DNA of 64,000 nt from a bacterium (GTDB lineage: Bacteria > Zhuqueibacterota > Zhuqueibacteria > Residuimicrobiales > Krinioviventaceae). Under the pieces are notes generated by a model. That model saw nothing but the letters and a program-made list of their open reading frames with translations. It was not told where the DNA came from and did not search any database. This document shows, piece after piece, positions 40,659-51,710 of this stretch (positions are counted from its first letter, which is position 1; every line of letters begins with the position of its first letter). The translations under genes and the position numbers were made by a program. The DNA lies in the NCBI GenBank assembly GCA_963693055.1, contig OY843751.1, positions 3,936,001-4,000,000 of the forward strand. Reading direction: 5' to 3'.

Positions 40659-41708
40659 ATGAACGCAAATCCAATACTCGGAATTTTCTTTCATGCAGTT
40701 GGCGGATTTGCCGCCGGTAGTTTTTACATCCCCCTGAAAAAAGTCAAAGAATGGTCCTGGGAAAGTTATTGGCTGGTTAACGGCTTTTTCGCATGGATCA
40801 TTATTCCATGGATCGTTGCCATGATTGCGGTACCCGATCTCTGGGCACTGCTAAAACAAGCCCCGGTCAACAGTATCATCTGGAGCTATATCTTTGGTGT
40901 GCTATGGGGAATTGGCGGATTGACCTTTGGTCTTACTATGCGTTACCTGGGTATGTCCTTGGGAATGGCAATGGCATTGGGATTAACAGCAACATTTGGG
41001 ACGATCGTCCCCCCTGTCTATTTTGGCAATTTCGGGTACCTGCTGGCCCACGCATCGGGATTGGTCACGTTGGGTGGCGTGGCAGTATGTATTGGAGGCA
41101 TTGCGGTTTGCGGTCTGGCCGGCATAAAAAAAGACCGGGAGCTTCCGCAAGAGGTCAAACAAGCAAGCATTCAGGAATTCAGCTTTAAAAAAGGTCTTTG
41201 GGTTGCTATTCTTTCCGGCGTTATGAGTGCCTGTTTTGCCTTTGGTATTGCCGCCGGTAAACCGATTGCAGATCTTGCCGTTGCTCAAAACACCCCGGTT
41301 CTTTTCCAAAACAGTCCTATATTTGTTGTTATCCTGCTGGGCGGTTTTACCACCAACGTTATCTGGTGCCTTATTCTGAACAATAAGAACAAATCCGGTG
41401 GCGATTATTTGAATAAACAAACACCACTGCTTACGAATTATATTTTCTCGGCACTGGCGGGTACCACCTGGTATTTTCAGTTCATGTTTTATGGAATGGG
41501 TACAACCCAAATGGGGAAATATGATTTTGCCAGTTGGAGCATCCATATGGCATTTATCATCACTTTCAGCAATATGTGGGGATTAATATTACATGAATGG
41601 CGAGGTTCAGGGAAAAACACTATTCGGACGATCCTGTTAGGGCTGGCTGTCCTGGTATTGTCTACAATCATTATCGGCGCCGGCAGTTATATTCAACAAT
41701 TCGAATAA
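40659..41708 (+). CDS. rhaT: L-rhamnose/proton symporter family protein
   Basis: FYIPLKKVKEWSWE, LWGIGGLTFGLTMRYLGMSLG, WYFQFMFYGMG. Confidence 0.9.
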   Translation: MNANPILGIFFHAVGGFAAGSFYIPLKKVKEWSWESYWLVNGFFAWIIIPWIVAMIAVPDLWALLKQAPVNSIIWSYIFGVLWGIGGLTFGLTMRYLGMSLGMAMALGLTATFGTIVPPVYFGNFGYLLAHASGLVTLGGVAVCIGGIAVCGLAGIKKDRELPQEVKQASIQEFSFKKGLWVAILSGVMSACFAFGIAAGKPIADLAVAQNTPVLFQNSPIFVVILLGGFTTNVIWCLILNNKNKSGGDYLNKQTPLLTNYIFSALAGTTWYFQFMFYGMGTTQMGKYDFASWSIHMAFIITFSNMWGLILHEWRGSGKNTIRTILLGLAVLVLSTIIIGAGSYIQQFE

Positions 41709-41724
41709 TACGGGAGAATCAATT

Positions 41725-43152
41725 ATGAAACCGGAATTAAAATTGGGTTTATTTGCAATAGGGCTGGATGCGTATTGGCCGCAGTTTGAGGGTTTGCACG
41801 ATAAACTTTTAAATAATATAAAACACGTTGAAAAACAAATGTTACGCGAAAACATAGAGATTGTGAATATGGGAATGATCGATAATCCTGAAAAGGCGCT
41901 TGAGGCTGGCCATACGTTCAGACAAGCCGATGTAGATGCGATATTTTTATATGTAAGCACCTATGCCCTGTCTTCCACAGTGCTGCCGGTTGTACAGCGG
42001 GCCAAAGTACCGGTAATCATTCTCAACCTGCAAATGGATGCGGCAATAGATTATAACACATTCAACAAACTGGCTGACCGTACAAAAATGACCGGTGAAT
42101 GGCTTGCCAACTGTTCCGCGTGCCCGGTGCCCGAGATTGCCAATGTGTTCAACCGAGCGGGCATCCGCTTTCATCAAATTACCGGAGCACTATATGACGA
42201 TCCTGTTGTATGGCAAGAGGTCGACGAATGGATAGATGCCGCACAAACCGCTCACACCATGTTTCACAACAGATTGGGCTGCATGGGACATTATTATGGC
42301 GGTATGCTTGATGTTTATTCAGATATGACCCAGCATTGCGCCCAGTTTGGAGGTCACTTTGAACTTGTAGAAGTAGAAGAACTGGCAGGGTTACGTAAAG
42401 AGGTAACAGGTACTGAAATCAATTCCAGACTCGATTTATTCAGTGATGAATTTGATATTCAACAAGACTGCTCACCCACAGATCTGAAAGAAGCAGCAAT
42501 TACATCCCTGGCACTGGACAAATTGATACAAAAGCATGACCTGGGATCAATGGCTTATTACTACCAGGGTACAGGAAATTCAGAGCATGAACTGGCTATC
42601 AGTTCTATCATTCTAGGCAACTCGCTATTGACCGCCCGTGGCATTCCCGTAGCCGGAGAATACGAAATTAAAAATGTACAGGCAATGAAAATTATGGATT
42701 GCTTTGGCACCGGTGGTTCGTTTACCGAATATTATGCCATGGATTATAAAGACGATATTGTTCTGATGGGGCACGATGGTCCCGGGCACATTGCCATTGC
42801 AGAAGGTAAAACCCGGGTAAGACCGTTAGAGGTTTATCATGGCAAAGTGGGTAAAGGATTGTCCGTTGAAATGTCTGTTAAACACGGTCCGGTTACATTA
42901 TTAGCAGTAGTTCAAAACACAGCAGGCAAACTCTTTTTATTGACAGCAGAAGCAGAATCAGTAGCCGGCCCCATTCTGGAAATCGGCAACACCAACAGTC
43001 GTTATCGTTTTTCTATTGGTGCAAGAGAATTTGTAAACAAGTGGAATGAACAAGGGCCTGCACACCATTGCGCAGTGGGAATTGGTCATATAGCATCCAA
43101 AATTCATAAACTGGGACAATTATTAGACATGGATGTGGTACAGATTTGCTAA
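41725..43152 (+). CDS. L-fucose/L-arabinose isomerase family protein
   Basis: YWPQFEGL, PVAGEYE, GSFTE, MGHDGPGH, GPAHHCA. Confidence 0.85.
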   Translation: MKPELKLGLFAIGLDAYWPQFEGLHDKLLNNIKHVEKQMLRENIEIVNMGMIDNPEKALEAGHTFRQADVDAIFLYVSTYALSSTVLPVVQRAKVPVIILNLQMDAAIDYNTFNKLADRTKMTGEWLANCSACPVPEIANVFNRAGIRFHQITGALYDDPVVWQEVDEWIDAAQTAHTMFHNRLGCMGHYYGGMLDVYSDMTQHCAQFGGHFELVEVEELAGLRKEVTGTEINSRLDLFSDEFDIQQDCSPTDLKEAAITSLALDKLIQKHDLGSMAYYYQGTGNSEHELAISSIILGNSLLTARGIPVAGEYEIKNVQAMKIMDCFGTGGSFTEYYAMDYKDDIVLMGHDGPGHIAIAEGKTRVRPLEVYHGKVGKGLSVEMSVKHGPVTLLAVVQNTAGKLFLLTAEAESVAGPILEIGNTNSRYRFSIGAREFVNKWNEQGPAHHCAVGIGHIASKIHKLGQLLDMDVVQIC

Positions 43153-43372
43153 AAATATAATATTTTTCATGAAATAAAAAAAAGAACACGGATGAGGCTA
43201 ATAACACGGATTATCAAGAGTTCTAGATCATTAAGGCTCCATCAAATCAGACGCCTTCAAGTGCAGAATAAAATGTTGTGAAAATTCGTTTCATTGGTGT
43301 CATTCGTGTTCATTAAAGTTCAACACAAAACAACGACCAAAGTAATTTTTATGGAAATTTTTTATATCCAAA

Positions 43373-44599
43373 TCAAGTCACCCAGGATTTAAGCTGCTCT
43401 TTGCCTTTATCAGAGACCGAAAATCCGTCTGATGTATCGATCCACCCTTTTTCTAGCAAATTATCAATACTGTTTTGCAATTGTTCCTGAACATTGATTT
43501 CTTTCATGAGACCCATTTCGCGTAGCAGAATGTTACCGCTGAAATCCAGTGATTTATTGCAATGTTCCTCAAGCTTTTGCTGTGTATTCAACCGTTCAGC
43601 ATCAATCAGATACAGCAGCCATAAATGATAATGCTTGTCCTGCCAGTCCCTGACCTTGTCTGAGAGAAACATGTTGTATCTTTCAAAATCGGGACTGTAT
43701 TCTTCTTCCTGCTGAAACAACTCCCAGGTCATTTCTACTGCGCTTTTTAAAATGATACCGGCTACAACCAATCCAATTATGCTGTCGATATAGTGGAAAC
43801 CGAAATATGAAGCAATCAGACCAAAAATCACACTGGCCGCAATAATGATATGATTACGAGAATCCACAGAAAGAGTTATAAGCGCAATGTTGCCGCTTTT
43901 AACACCAATAAAACGCTGGTACAGTGCCAACAATATAGATATGATGATAGATAGAATAACGGCGACATAGGCAAAAACCGTATATTTCAAATCAGAGGGA
44001 AAAAAGAACTGCTGCATTGCTCTGTAAAATGCGTAAAACCCCGTAATCAACATGGTCCCCACCATAACCGAGTTGGATAGTCTTTGTGTGTTACGCTGAA
44101 TACCGGTAGTAACCAAAATTCTTGAAAAAACATCCAGCAATGTATCGATAGCATCATTTAACAAGCCCACACTTCCAGATAATATGGCAGCGGGGAGTTT
44201 AATAAATCCCAAAACAATATAACTGATCAATGAAACAATAGAAACAGTCTCGGGCCGCGCGGCACGTTTAAGCACATTGCTAAACTTGTTAATTTCTTCA
44301 ATAGCTTTTTCTGCTTCATAACGACCGCTTTTGGTCAACTCGTATCGGTCTTTAATATTCTCAATTAATCCACGTTTTATAAGAACCGGGAGTTGCTTAT
44401 TCAGGTGTTCATCCATATCTTCTTCATCTTTGAGCCAATGCGACAACTGGTGCTCAAAAACGCCAAAACGGCGCAAAACACCGGTAAACTGTTCATTCAT
44501 CTCAGAGATTGTTAACGGACCATCCCACAAGCAGGCCAGTATCATCTGCTCACTATCGTGATCATTATTCTCTTTACGTTTTTTGCACTTTTTTGACAA
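43373..44599 (-). CDS. Cation diffusion facilitator-like transporter flanked by winged-helix-like domains
   Basis: SGSVGLLNDAIDT, SVDSRNH, IDSIIGLVVA TM core; N-terminal RGLIE....YELTKSG and C-terminal KGWI......SDKG wing motifs. Confidence 0.75.
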   Translation of the reverse strand: MSKKCKKRKENNDHDSEQMILACLWDGPLTISEMNEQFTGVLRRFGVFEHQLSHWLKDEEDMDEHLNKQLPVLIKRGLIENIKDRYELTKSGRYEAEKAIEEINKFSNVLKRAARPETVSIVSLISYIVLGFIKLPAAILSGSVGLLNDAIDTLLDVFSRILVTTGIQRNTQRLSNSVMVGTMLITGFYAFYRAMQQFFFPSDLKYTVFAYVAVILSIIISILLALYQRFIGVKSGNIALITLSVDSRNHIIIAASVIFGLIASYFGFHYIDSIIGLVVAGIILKSAVEMTWELFQQEEEYSPDFERYNMFLSDKVRDWQDKHYHLWLLYLIDAERLNTQQKLEEHCNKSLDFSGNILLREMGLMKEINVQEQLQNSIDNLLEKGWIDTSDGFSVSDKGKEQLKSWVT

Positions 44600-44891
44600 G
44601 ACGTCACCTGAAATTGTTTATATAAATATAATCTATTGTACCCCGAAAAGCAACACATGCTTGAAAATTTGAATATTATACGATTGAAATAATAAACGGT
44701 TTCGAGAAAAAAATCATGGTGTGGGAATGAATTTACAATACAGATGTCTAATTATTAGTACGACCCAACCTGTCTGACTGGATCGATGAACAGGACAGGT
44801 TAAAACCTCTTACCGATTCCTTTTCAAATGTAACATCACACAACTCTGGTCACAGGTGCAGGAACCCGAGGCCAGAGATTTTTTTCAAATT

Positions 44892-45149
44892 TTATTGATA
44901 ACTTAAAACATACACACCGGTTACAATAATCAATACAGCCAAAATTATTGTAACAATACTCACTATTCTTTGGGGGAATTTAAACAATGTATGCTGCAAA
45001 AAATCAAATAGAAACAACAGTCCCAGCAAAAAAAGCCAAATTCCTTTTAACACATTGGATTGGACAATCAAGATTATTCCTACGGTGCTGAAAAACAAGC
45101 CCATAAGAATATGAAAATAATACAATGCCTTGTTTGAATTTCTAATCAT
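44892..45149 (-). CDS. Small 3-TM hypothetical membrane protein
   Basis: Three hydrophobic segments; downstream of TonB receptor. Confidence 0.6.
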   Translation of the reverse strand: MIRNSNKALYYFHILMGLFFSTVGIILIVQSNVLKGIWLFLLGLLFLFDFLQHTLFKFPQRIVSIVTIILAVLIIVTGVYVLSYQ

Positions 45150-45192
45150 AACATTCTCAATACTAGATCTAATATATCAACACTTTTCAAAC

Positions 45193-48100
45193 TTAAATAT
45201 TCACCTGAATATTCAAACCCCAGAATATATCACGTTTATTTAAAAAAGTCCAGGGAGTAAATTTCGGCATTTCGATATATTCTTTTTCGCCGTTGTGGGG
45301 ATAATCGCCAGGCCGATCACCGCCATCAATATCCAGAGAATTCATATATTCCACAAATTCTCTATTCCACCATCTATGATCATTCCAGGTCAAATTCCCA
45401 CTTGCCCCAATGAGATGTTTTTTGCCAAAACTGGCTGTATAAATATACCCATCCGATTTTACCATATTCTTATTGTTGAACAGATTGTTTACATCCATAT
45501 AAACAATTGCTTTTGCTCCCGCAAAGGAAAACAGTGTTTTGCTGATTCGCATATCTGTATTTTGATAGGGTCGCCAATTGATCTCGTTACCCTCCCAATA
45601 CACACATTCTCCTTTTTTCCAATAATACAATATGGACATATTCCAGTCGCCAACAGGATAAAGCGGCCCTATTCCCGGACCAAATGCATGGGGTGTTGCA
45701 GTGAACAATTTAAAACGAATTAATGGCTGTGTACTGTATTCTACGAGTTGAATATTGAATTTGGGGTTGTGTAATTTTTCATCCTGATAATATCGTGAAT
45801 ATCCGTACCGGCCTCGTTCCAGCGCTGTATATGAAAAACTGGTACTAGCTGTAAACCAGGGTGATGGGATATAATCCAGTTCAACATCATAACCGGTTTT
45901 ATAAATGTATGTATTGTTTTCAATATAATCGATACCATTACCAGACATGGGATAATATGTTACCCCAGAATAGAGATCCGTCTCATCTGTATAATACATG
46001 GAAGCTTTGAGGGTTAATTGGTTCAATATATCTTGGGTGAATCCGGCCTCGGTTCTGATAGTATAAGGCGCTTTTAACATGGGATTACATAAATCACTTA
46101 CCAAATACCCCCGTGCTGTGCTACGGGTAAAAGCATATAAATCTTTGGCATCTGCCCATTCAGAAAATTTACCATGATTCATAAAAAATTGTGTGCTGCT
46201 AAAGGGCTGAAAAATAACTCCCAAACGATAGCTCAACTCTGACATGGAACGGTCAGCAGTTGCAAGTTCATAATCAACATAACCCGGTTGCAACATATGA
46301 CTATAGATGCTTGAGGTACTATCATCCGACGTATCATGATATGCCAAAACATCATCATGCTTTAACATGTCGTACCGTATTCCCGCGTATAGCATAAATT
46401 TTTCATCCGGTTTCCAGGTGTCAGCCAGGTAAATACTGCCAGTCAGGGGTTTAATATTGGCAGAATGAAAATACCCTCCGCCGACTGAGGGATCCATTAT
46501 TTCATAATCAACATAATAATGATTACGCATCCATTCAAATCCCAGTTCCAGCTTGTGTTTTGGATGAAAAGTATAATTCAGTTTACCTTTTACAGTAAAT
46601 CTGCGGTCCATTGACTCATTTGACCGAAATGAACCAGATTCCATTCGATACTCACCTGTAACATCCAGCCAGTTAATAGGACCGTATCCCGCAGGTGCCT
46701 CATCGTATAGATAATTTCCAATTCTTATTCTGGCCCAATTACGCCAGTTTTCCCATCCATAGTCCCCGTTTTCAACATGTGCATAAATTTCTTCCAATGT
46801 ACCTAAACGGCCGTATCTCAAATGTGTTGCATTCCATTCGTTACTATATATAGGGGCAGTATTCCTGTTGTCTATTTGCAAGTTCTGTTCTGAAATAGCA
46901 TAACCAATATCCAGATGGTAATTTATTTTTTCAGTTACTTTATGATTAAATCTGACTTGTCCCTGGCGATGCAGATACTCTACCGGTGTATAAAAATCAG
47001 GATACCAGAGTTTGTTAGCTGAACCACCAATAGTGAAAGCATTAAAGGCAATTGGAGAATAATAATTACCATTTAGATTGTCTGTCATACCATTTTGACG
47101 ATTATTCTGGAATGTAACATCCAGATTCATATTTTTAGTAAAACTCGTATTCAAATTGACACGTGTGGTACGTTCATAATAGGTACTACTGGCCACTTTT
47201 CTGGCATACTCTAATTGATCCTGACTGTGATACACAGACCATCGAATCCAGGGTAAATAAGGGACAATGCCACCTGTAAAGACTTCGCCCTGCCAATCCG
47301 GTATATCGTTCCCATAATCCATAAAAGCGTCATCATCATTAACGTTGATCAAGCTTATATCAACAAGTCCCTTGTCTCCCAGTTCCCGTAACAAATCAAG
47401 ATTATCGCCCGATCGGTGACGCCACAGATACAGTGCTAAATTTTCATATGGCTTTCCATAATGCGGATCACCCGGATATAGCCCCCCTTCCTCTCCCAAC
47501 ACCCATTGAGAATCATCCCAGATATCTTCCAGTACATCTCCATTTATATCAACAGGCATACCATATTCATTGACATTAATACCCGAATACTTGAACCAGC
47601 CTTCAGTAAACTGGCTTTGGGTACCCGAGTCTTCCATTCCACCTTGTCCATAATAACCGGTCCATGCACCATCAGCCAGTGTCGTAAAAGGAGTAACAAT
47701 AGGCGAGTCTTTACCATACATCATGGGGCCAAAATGCTTTAATCCCGGTGCACTGTATCGGGTATTCACCTTTAAAATGAAATTTTGAGCAGATTTACGG
47801 GTAGTGATCTTGATAATGGCATTTCTGGCGTTACCATATTCTACTCCAAACCAGCCGGGCAGCACTTCAATTTTCTCAATATTGCCAAGATCCATATAGT
47901 AATAAGGCGTTTCCGTCAACAAATCAGACATTTCCATACCGTCAATAATGATGCGGGTATCATCCAGGCTCTCGCCACGAAAAACAGGATCAGTTAAATT
48001 TTTGTCAAAAGCATCAAATCCAGGTAGCGTATTCAACAACGAAGCAAGATCCCGATATGGCATTTTGGCAATATCCTGCCGGGTGATTATATAGGTATTG

Positions 48101-48282
48101 GTCTTGTATTCAATTTGACTTTTGTTATCAACAATCAACGGTTCGTTATCTGACATGCTTATACTACTTTTCACCAAAGTCGATTGTGTATCAGCTCCCC
48201 ATAATTTACCAGTACCAGAAAATAGTATTACTAAAACAAACAACCAATTAACAACCTGCAAAAGATTGTATTCAACTTTCAC
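45193..48282 (-). CDS. TonB-dependent receptor
   Basis: Plug motifs (LNTLPG, FRG, IIDG, IEV..G.FGVEYGNA...II.ITT), GIRYD, NPMLK, VNNLFN, terminal beta strand. Confidence 0.85.
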   Translation of the reverse strand: MKVEYNLLQVVNWLFVLVILFSGTGKLWGADTQSTLVKSSISMSDNEPLIVDNKSQIEYKTNTYIITRQDIAKMPYRDLASLLNTLPGFDAFDKNLTDPVFRGESLDDTRIIIDGMEMSDLLTETPYYYMDLGNIEKIEVLPGWFGVEYGNARNAIIKITTRKSAQNFILKVNTRYSAPGLKHFGPMMYGKDSPIVTPFTTLADGAWTGYYGQGGMEDSGTQSQFTEGWFKYSGINVNEYGMPVDINGDVLEDIWDDSQWVLGEEGGLYPGDPHYGKPYENLALYLWRHRSGDNLDLLRELGDKGLVDISLINVNDDDAFMDYGNDIPDWQGEVFTGGIVPYLPWIRWSVYHSQDQLEYARKVASSTYYERTTRVNLNTSFTKNMNLDVTFQNNRQNGMTDNLNGNYYSPIAFNAFTIGGSANKLWYPDFYTPVEYLHRQGQVRFNHKVTEKINYHLDIGYAISEQNLQIDNRNTAPIYSNEWNATHLRYGRLGTLEEIYAHVENGDYGWENWRNWARIRIGNYLYDEAPAGYGPINWLDVTGEYRMESGSFRSNESMDRRFTVKGKLNYTFHPKHKLELGFEWMRNHYYVDYEIMDPSVGGGYFHSANIKPLTGSIYLADTWKPDEKFMLYAGIRYDMLKHDDVLAYHDTSDDSTSSIYSHMLQPGYVDYELATADRSMSELSYRLGVIFQPFSSTQFFMNHGKFSEWADAKDLYAFTRSTARGYLVSDLCNPMLKAPYTIRTEAGFTQDILNQLTLKASMYYTDETDLYSGVTYYPMSGNGIDYIENNTYIYKTGYDVELDYIPSPWFTASTSFSYTALERGRYGYSRYYQDEKLHNPKFNIQLVEYSTQPLIRFKLFTATPHAFGPGIGPLYPVGDWNMSILYYWKKGECVYWEGNEINWRPYQNTDMRISKTLFSFAGAKAIVYMDVNNLFNNKNMVKSDGYIYTASFGKKHLIGASGNLTWNDHRWWNREFVEYMNSLDIDGGDRPGDYPHNGEKEYIEMPKFTPWTFLNKRDIFWGLNIQVNI

Positions 48283-48412
48283 AGTCCCTCCTGTTACAGA
48301 TTAATTCAGAAATTCATTTCGATAGTTAATTATAAATGCCTGATCATTTTTTTTGATTAGCTTTGTAAAAACAGGGCCCAAAAACCTGAAAATAAACATC
48401 ACTTGACAATTA

Positions 48413-49387
48413 TTATTCAGATGGCAACACCCAAAGTTGCCCATTTTTATCAAAAGCCATGTCCCTGATCTGTGCAATCCGGTTATTATCCTTATCCACA
48501 AAAACAAAATATCCGGTAATATTTAGCTCATTATCAAATCGTATACAGATTTTTTGCGCATTGTCAAATACATACAATTGATTATAAAATGCCATTGCCT
48601 GAAAGCCTTCTGCATCAGTCAAATGGATCTCCCCTGCCTGCAAGGGGTCCCGAGTAAATTCTATAATCATGGTTCTGCTGCAACCCCACAAGGCATTACT
48701 TTTTTTATCCAGGGTCAGGCCCACCAGATTCACCCCATCTATAAAGAATCGGTCCAGGACAGAATTATTTTCAATATCCACAACAACAACAGAATCCGGG
48801 AAATGGCAGGCAAATAAAATAGAATCATTAGCAGTAATTGTGCTTATATATATATCACCCAAGGGATTACCGGGGGTTTCCTGCAGCTCCCAGTTAATTG
48901 AATTACTTTTAAATATTTTTAAGGGATTGTCCCAAGCAATTGCAAGAGAATCATTTATTGCAAGCGGCAGATCGGCATATTCACCGGCAATATCTTTAAA
49001 CCTCTTGACTGAAAACTTGGTTGGCAAACTGTATTCTCTTGTAGTATCGCCATGTTCTATTTGCAGAGGTACACTGCTTACAGGCAGATCATATCGGTAA
49101 AGGGTTACCGTATATAAACCGGGATAAATGGGATCAACCGTAAAGGTACCGTTTTCATCGGTCATCGTTTCCAGTGGAGAAAACACTACATCATACATCA
49201 TATTATTTGCAGAAACAACCACTTTTAAATCCGCCAGTAAATTGCCGGAAAAGCGATCTGTTACCGTTCCAGTAAAAATATACTGCGGAGCATCTGGTCT
49301 TACTACATTGTTATCCTGTTTTCCCCAGCAAGAGAGCAGAATCAGAGTAAAAAAAGTAATCACCCAGAATAACTTTTTAAAAGACAT
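48413..49387 (-). CDS. Lipoprotein with carboxypeptidase-regulatory-like domain and beta-propeller
   Basis: LLSC lipobox, GTVTD..SG..L, TDENGTF, PGLY; propeller repeats ending MAFDKNGQLWV. Confidence 0.7.
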   Translation of the reverse strand: MSFKKLFWVITFFTLILLSCWGKQDNNVVRPDAPQYIFTGTVTDRFSGNLLADLKVVVSANNMMYDVVFSPLETMTDENGTFTVDPIYPGLYTVTLYRYDLPVSSVPLQIEHGDTTREYSLPTKFSVKRFKDIAGEYADLPLAINDSLAIAWDNPLKIFKSNSINWELQETPGNPLGDIYISTITANDSILFACHFPDSVVVVDIENNSVLDRFFIDGVNLVGLTLDKKSNALWGCSRTMIIEFTRDPLQAGEIHLTDAEGFQAMAFYNQLYVFDNAQKICIRFDNELNITGYFVFVDKDNNRIAQIRDMAFDKNGQLWVLPSE

Positions 49388-49544
49388 AACCTTCCCCTTT
49401 TTATCATGAATGAAACAGGAATATCCCATAATATCATCAATTTGATCCCTGTAAACGGATTTATTACAAATAAATAATTGAAATATATGATAAAAAATAG
49501 TTATTATGTATACTGTATGTTAATCTATTTTTAGGAGAATTACA

Positions 49545-50441
49545 ATGGAAAAAATACTGACATACCTTGAAGAATCCGGAGACTGGATACTGACAACGGG
49601 ATTAAAAATAGTATTAATCATTATCGGTATGATTATCATGTTCAAGCTGACCAAAATCTTGTCTGACAGGTTTGCTCAGTTGCTGACAAAAAGCAAAAGG
49701 TTGGATGCCGAATATAAAAAAAGAACAAACACACTTTCATCTGTCGTTAAACATGTTGCCAATGTTTTTATTTTAACTTTTTCAATCATAACAATTTTAG
49801 CACAACTGGGGTTGGAAATTGGTCCCATTCTGGCTGCAGCAGGTGTAGTAGGATTGGCTGTAGGTTTTGGTGCGCAAAGCCTGGTTAAAGATGTTATTAA
49901 CGGATTTTTTATTTTGCTCGAAGATCAGGTACGGGTGGGTGATGTAGTGAATATAGGTGGTCATGGTGGACTGGTTGAAAAAGTCAATCTGCGCATGGTT
50001 ATCTTGCGCGACCTTGCAGGCAATGTTCATTATATACCCAACAGTACCATAGATATTGTTACCAATATGACAAAAGATTTTTCACGATATGTGTTCGATA
50101 TCGGTGTGGCCTACCGTGAGAATGTGGATGAGGTTATTGAGCTCATTAAAAAAGTAGATGAAAACCTGCGCGCAGATGAAGAATATGCAAGTGACATCTT
50201 GGAACCTATCGAAATTCTGGGGCTTGATCAGTTTGCAGATTCCGCAATTATCATCAAGGCCAGAATTAAAACCAAACCCATTCAACAATGGAAAGTAGGA
50301 CGCGAATTTAACCGCCGGTTAAAAATGGTCTTTGATCAAAACAATATCGAGATCCCCTTTCCGCATGTTACATTGTATATGGGACAAGATAAAGACAATA
50401 GCGCGCCGCCATTGTTCATTAAACAAGAACAGCAACAATGA
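49545..50441 (+). CDS. MscS-family mechanosensitive channel (YbiO-like)
   Basis: AGVVGLAVGFGAQSLVKDVINGFFILLEDQVRVGD, IPNS, IEIPFP. Confidence 0.93.
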   Translation: MEKILTYLEESGDWILTTGLKIVLIIIGMIIMFKLTKILSDRFAQLLTKSKRLDAEYKKRTNTLSSVVKHVANVFILTFSIITILAQLGLEIGPILAAAGVVGLAVGFGAQSLVKDVINGFFILLEDQVRVGDVVNIGGHGGLVEKVNLRMVILRDLAGNVHYIPNSTIDIVTNMTKDFSRYVFDIGVAYRENVDEVIELIKKVDENLRADEEYASDILEPIEILGLDQFADSAIIIKARIKTKPIQQWKVGREFNRRLKMVFDQNNIEIPFPHVTLYMGQDKDNSAPPLFIKQEQQQ

Positions 50442-50467
50442 AGTCAAAAAAGATCAGGAGAAAACCT

Positions 50468-51529
50468 ATGGCCCGTCTTTTAAAAAAAAGAACCCATACA
50501 ACGGGCACGGTTCCGGGTACCCCGGTTTTTGTGGGGGAACAAAAAGAGCAATCTGTTAATCTTCGGTTGATTGATTATGACGAGCCCAGTATTAAAGAAA
50601 TCAATTTAACATCCATCGAAGAGATAAGTGAATATCTTAAAACACCATCAATATCATGGGTTAATATTGATGGCCTTCACGATACGGATGTAATTAAAAA
50701 GACAGGTGAATTATTCAACCTGCATCCGCTCATCATTGAAGATATTACCAATACAGACCAGCGTTCAAAGATTGAAGAATATGACAACTGCATCCTGATC
50801 ATTGCCAAAATGCTGTTCCATGACAAAGAAAAAGGCATTATTTCTGAACAATTCAGCCTGGTTTTGGGCAGTAATTATGTGCTTACATTTCAAGAGCGCA
50901 TAGGGCATGTATTTGATCCTGTACGAGAACGGATCCGCAAATCTATGGGCCGTGTACGAAAAATGGGAGCAGATTATCTGGCTTATATATTGCTGGATAC
51001 GATTATAGACAACTATTTTGTACTGTTGGAAAAGATGGGTGAACAAATTGAAGATATGGAACTGGATCTTACATCTTCGGTAAAACCAGATTTTTTGAAC
51101 GATCTTAATTTTTTCAAACGTGAGATTAATTACATCCAAAAGATGGTCCGCCCCATTCGTGACAGCATTTCCAAAATGGCACGAATGGATTCTGACCTGC
51201 TGGGTGATTCCATTTCCATCTATCTCAAAGACCTTGAAGACCTGATCATTCAGGTATACGATGCCGTAGAAAGTTATCGTGAGCTGCTGGTAGACCAGTG
51301 GGATATATACAACACACATATCAGCAACAAATTGAATGATATTATCAAAGTGCTTACAATATTCTCTGTTATTTTTATTCCGCTCACGTTCATTGCAGGT
51401 ATATACGGGACGAATTTTGAATATCTACCCGAATTACATTTCAGATACAGTTATTTTATTTTCTGGATTGCATTAATAACCATTGCAATCTCTATGTTGT
51501 TCTTTTTCAAGAAAAAAAACTGGCTTTAA
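50468..51529 (+). CDS. corA: CorA magnesium/cobalt transporter
   Basis: WVNIDGLHD, LHPL..EDI, TFQE, FIPLTFIAGIYGTNF (GMN signature appears as GTN); AGGAG RBS before 50468. Confidence 0.92.
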   Translation: MARLLKKRTHTTGTVPGTPVFVGEQKEQSVNLRLIDYDEPSIKEINLTSIEEISEYLKTPSISWVNIDGLHDTDVIKKTGELFNLHPLIIEDITNTDQRSKIEEYDNCILIIAKMLFHDKEKGIISEQFSLVLGSNYVLTFQERIGHVFDPVRERIRKSMGRVRKMGADYLAYILLDTIIDNYFVLLEKMGEQIEDMELDLTSSVKPDFLNDLNFFKREINYIQKMVRPIRDSISKMARMDSDLLGDSISIYLKDLEDLIIQVYDAVESYRELLVDQWDIYNTHISNKLNDIIKVLTIFSVIFIPLTFIAGIYGTNFEYLPELHFRYSYFIFWIALITIAISMLFFFKKKNWL

Positions 51530-51710
51530 TTGCCGGCTAAATCATAAAATTGTTAGAAAAGGATTTCAAAATGGAATCCTTTTTTTATTGACTATTATCT
51601 AATAATTATTAAATTTAGTAAGCCAAGTAAAGCCTTCCTTTATAATAATAACATTTCACTGCAGTTTCAAGTCTTTATAGATTATTATATACAAGTTATA
51701 TTGGAGTTAC

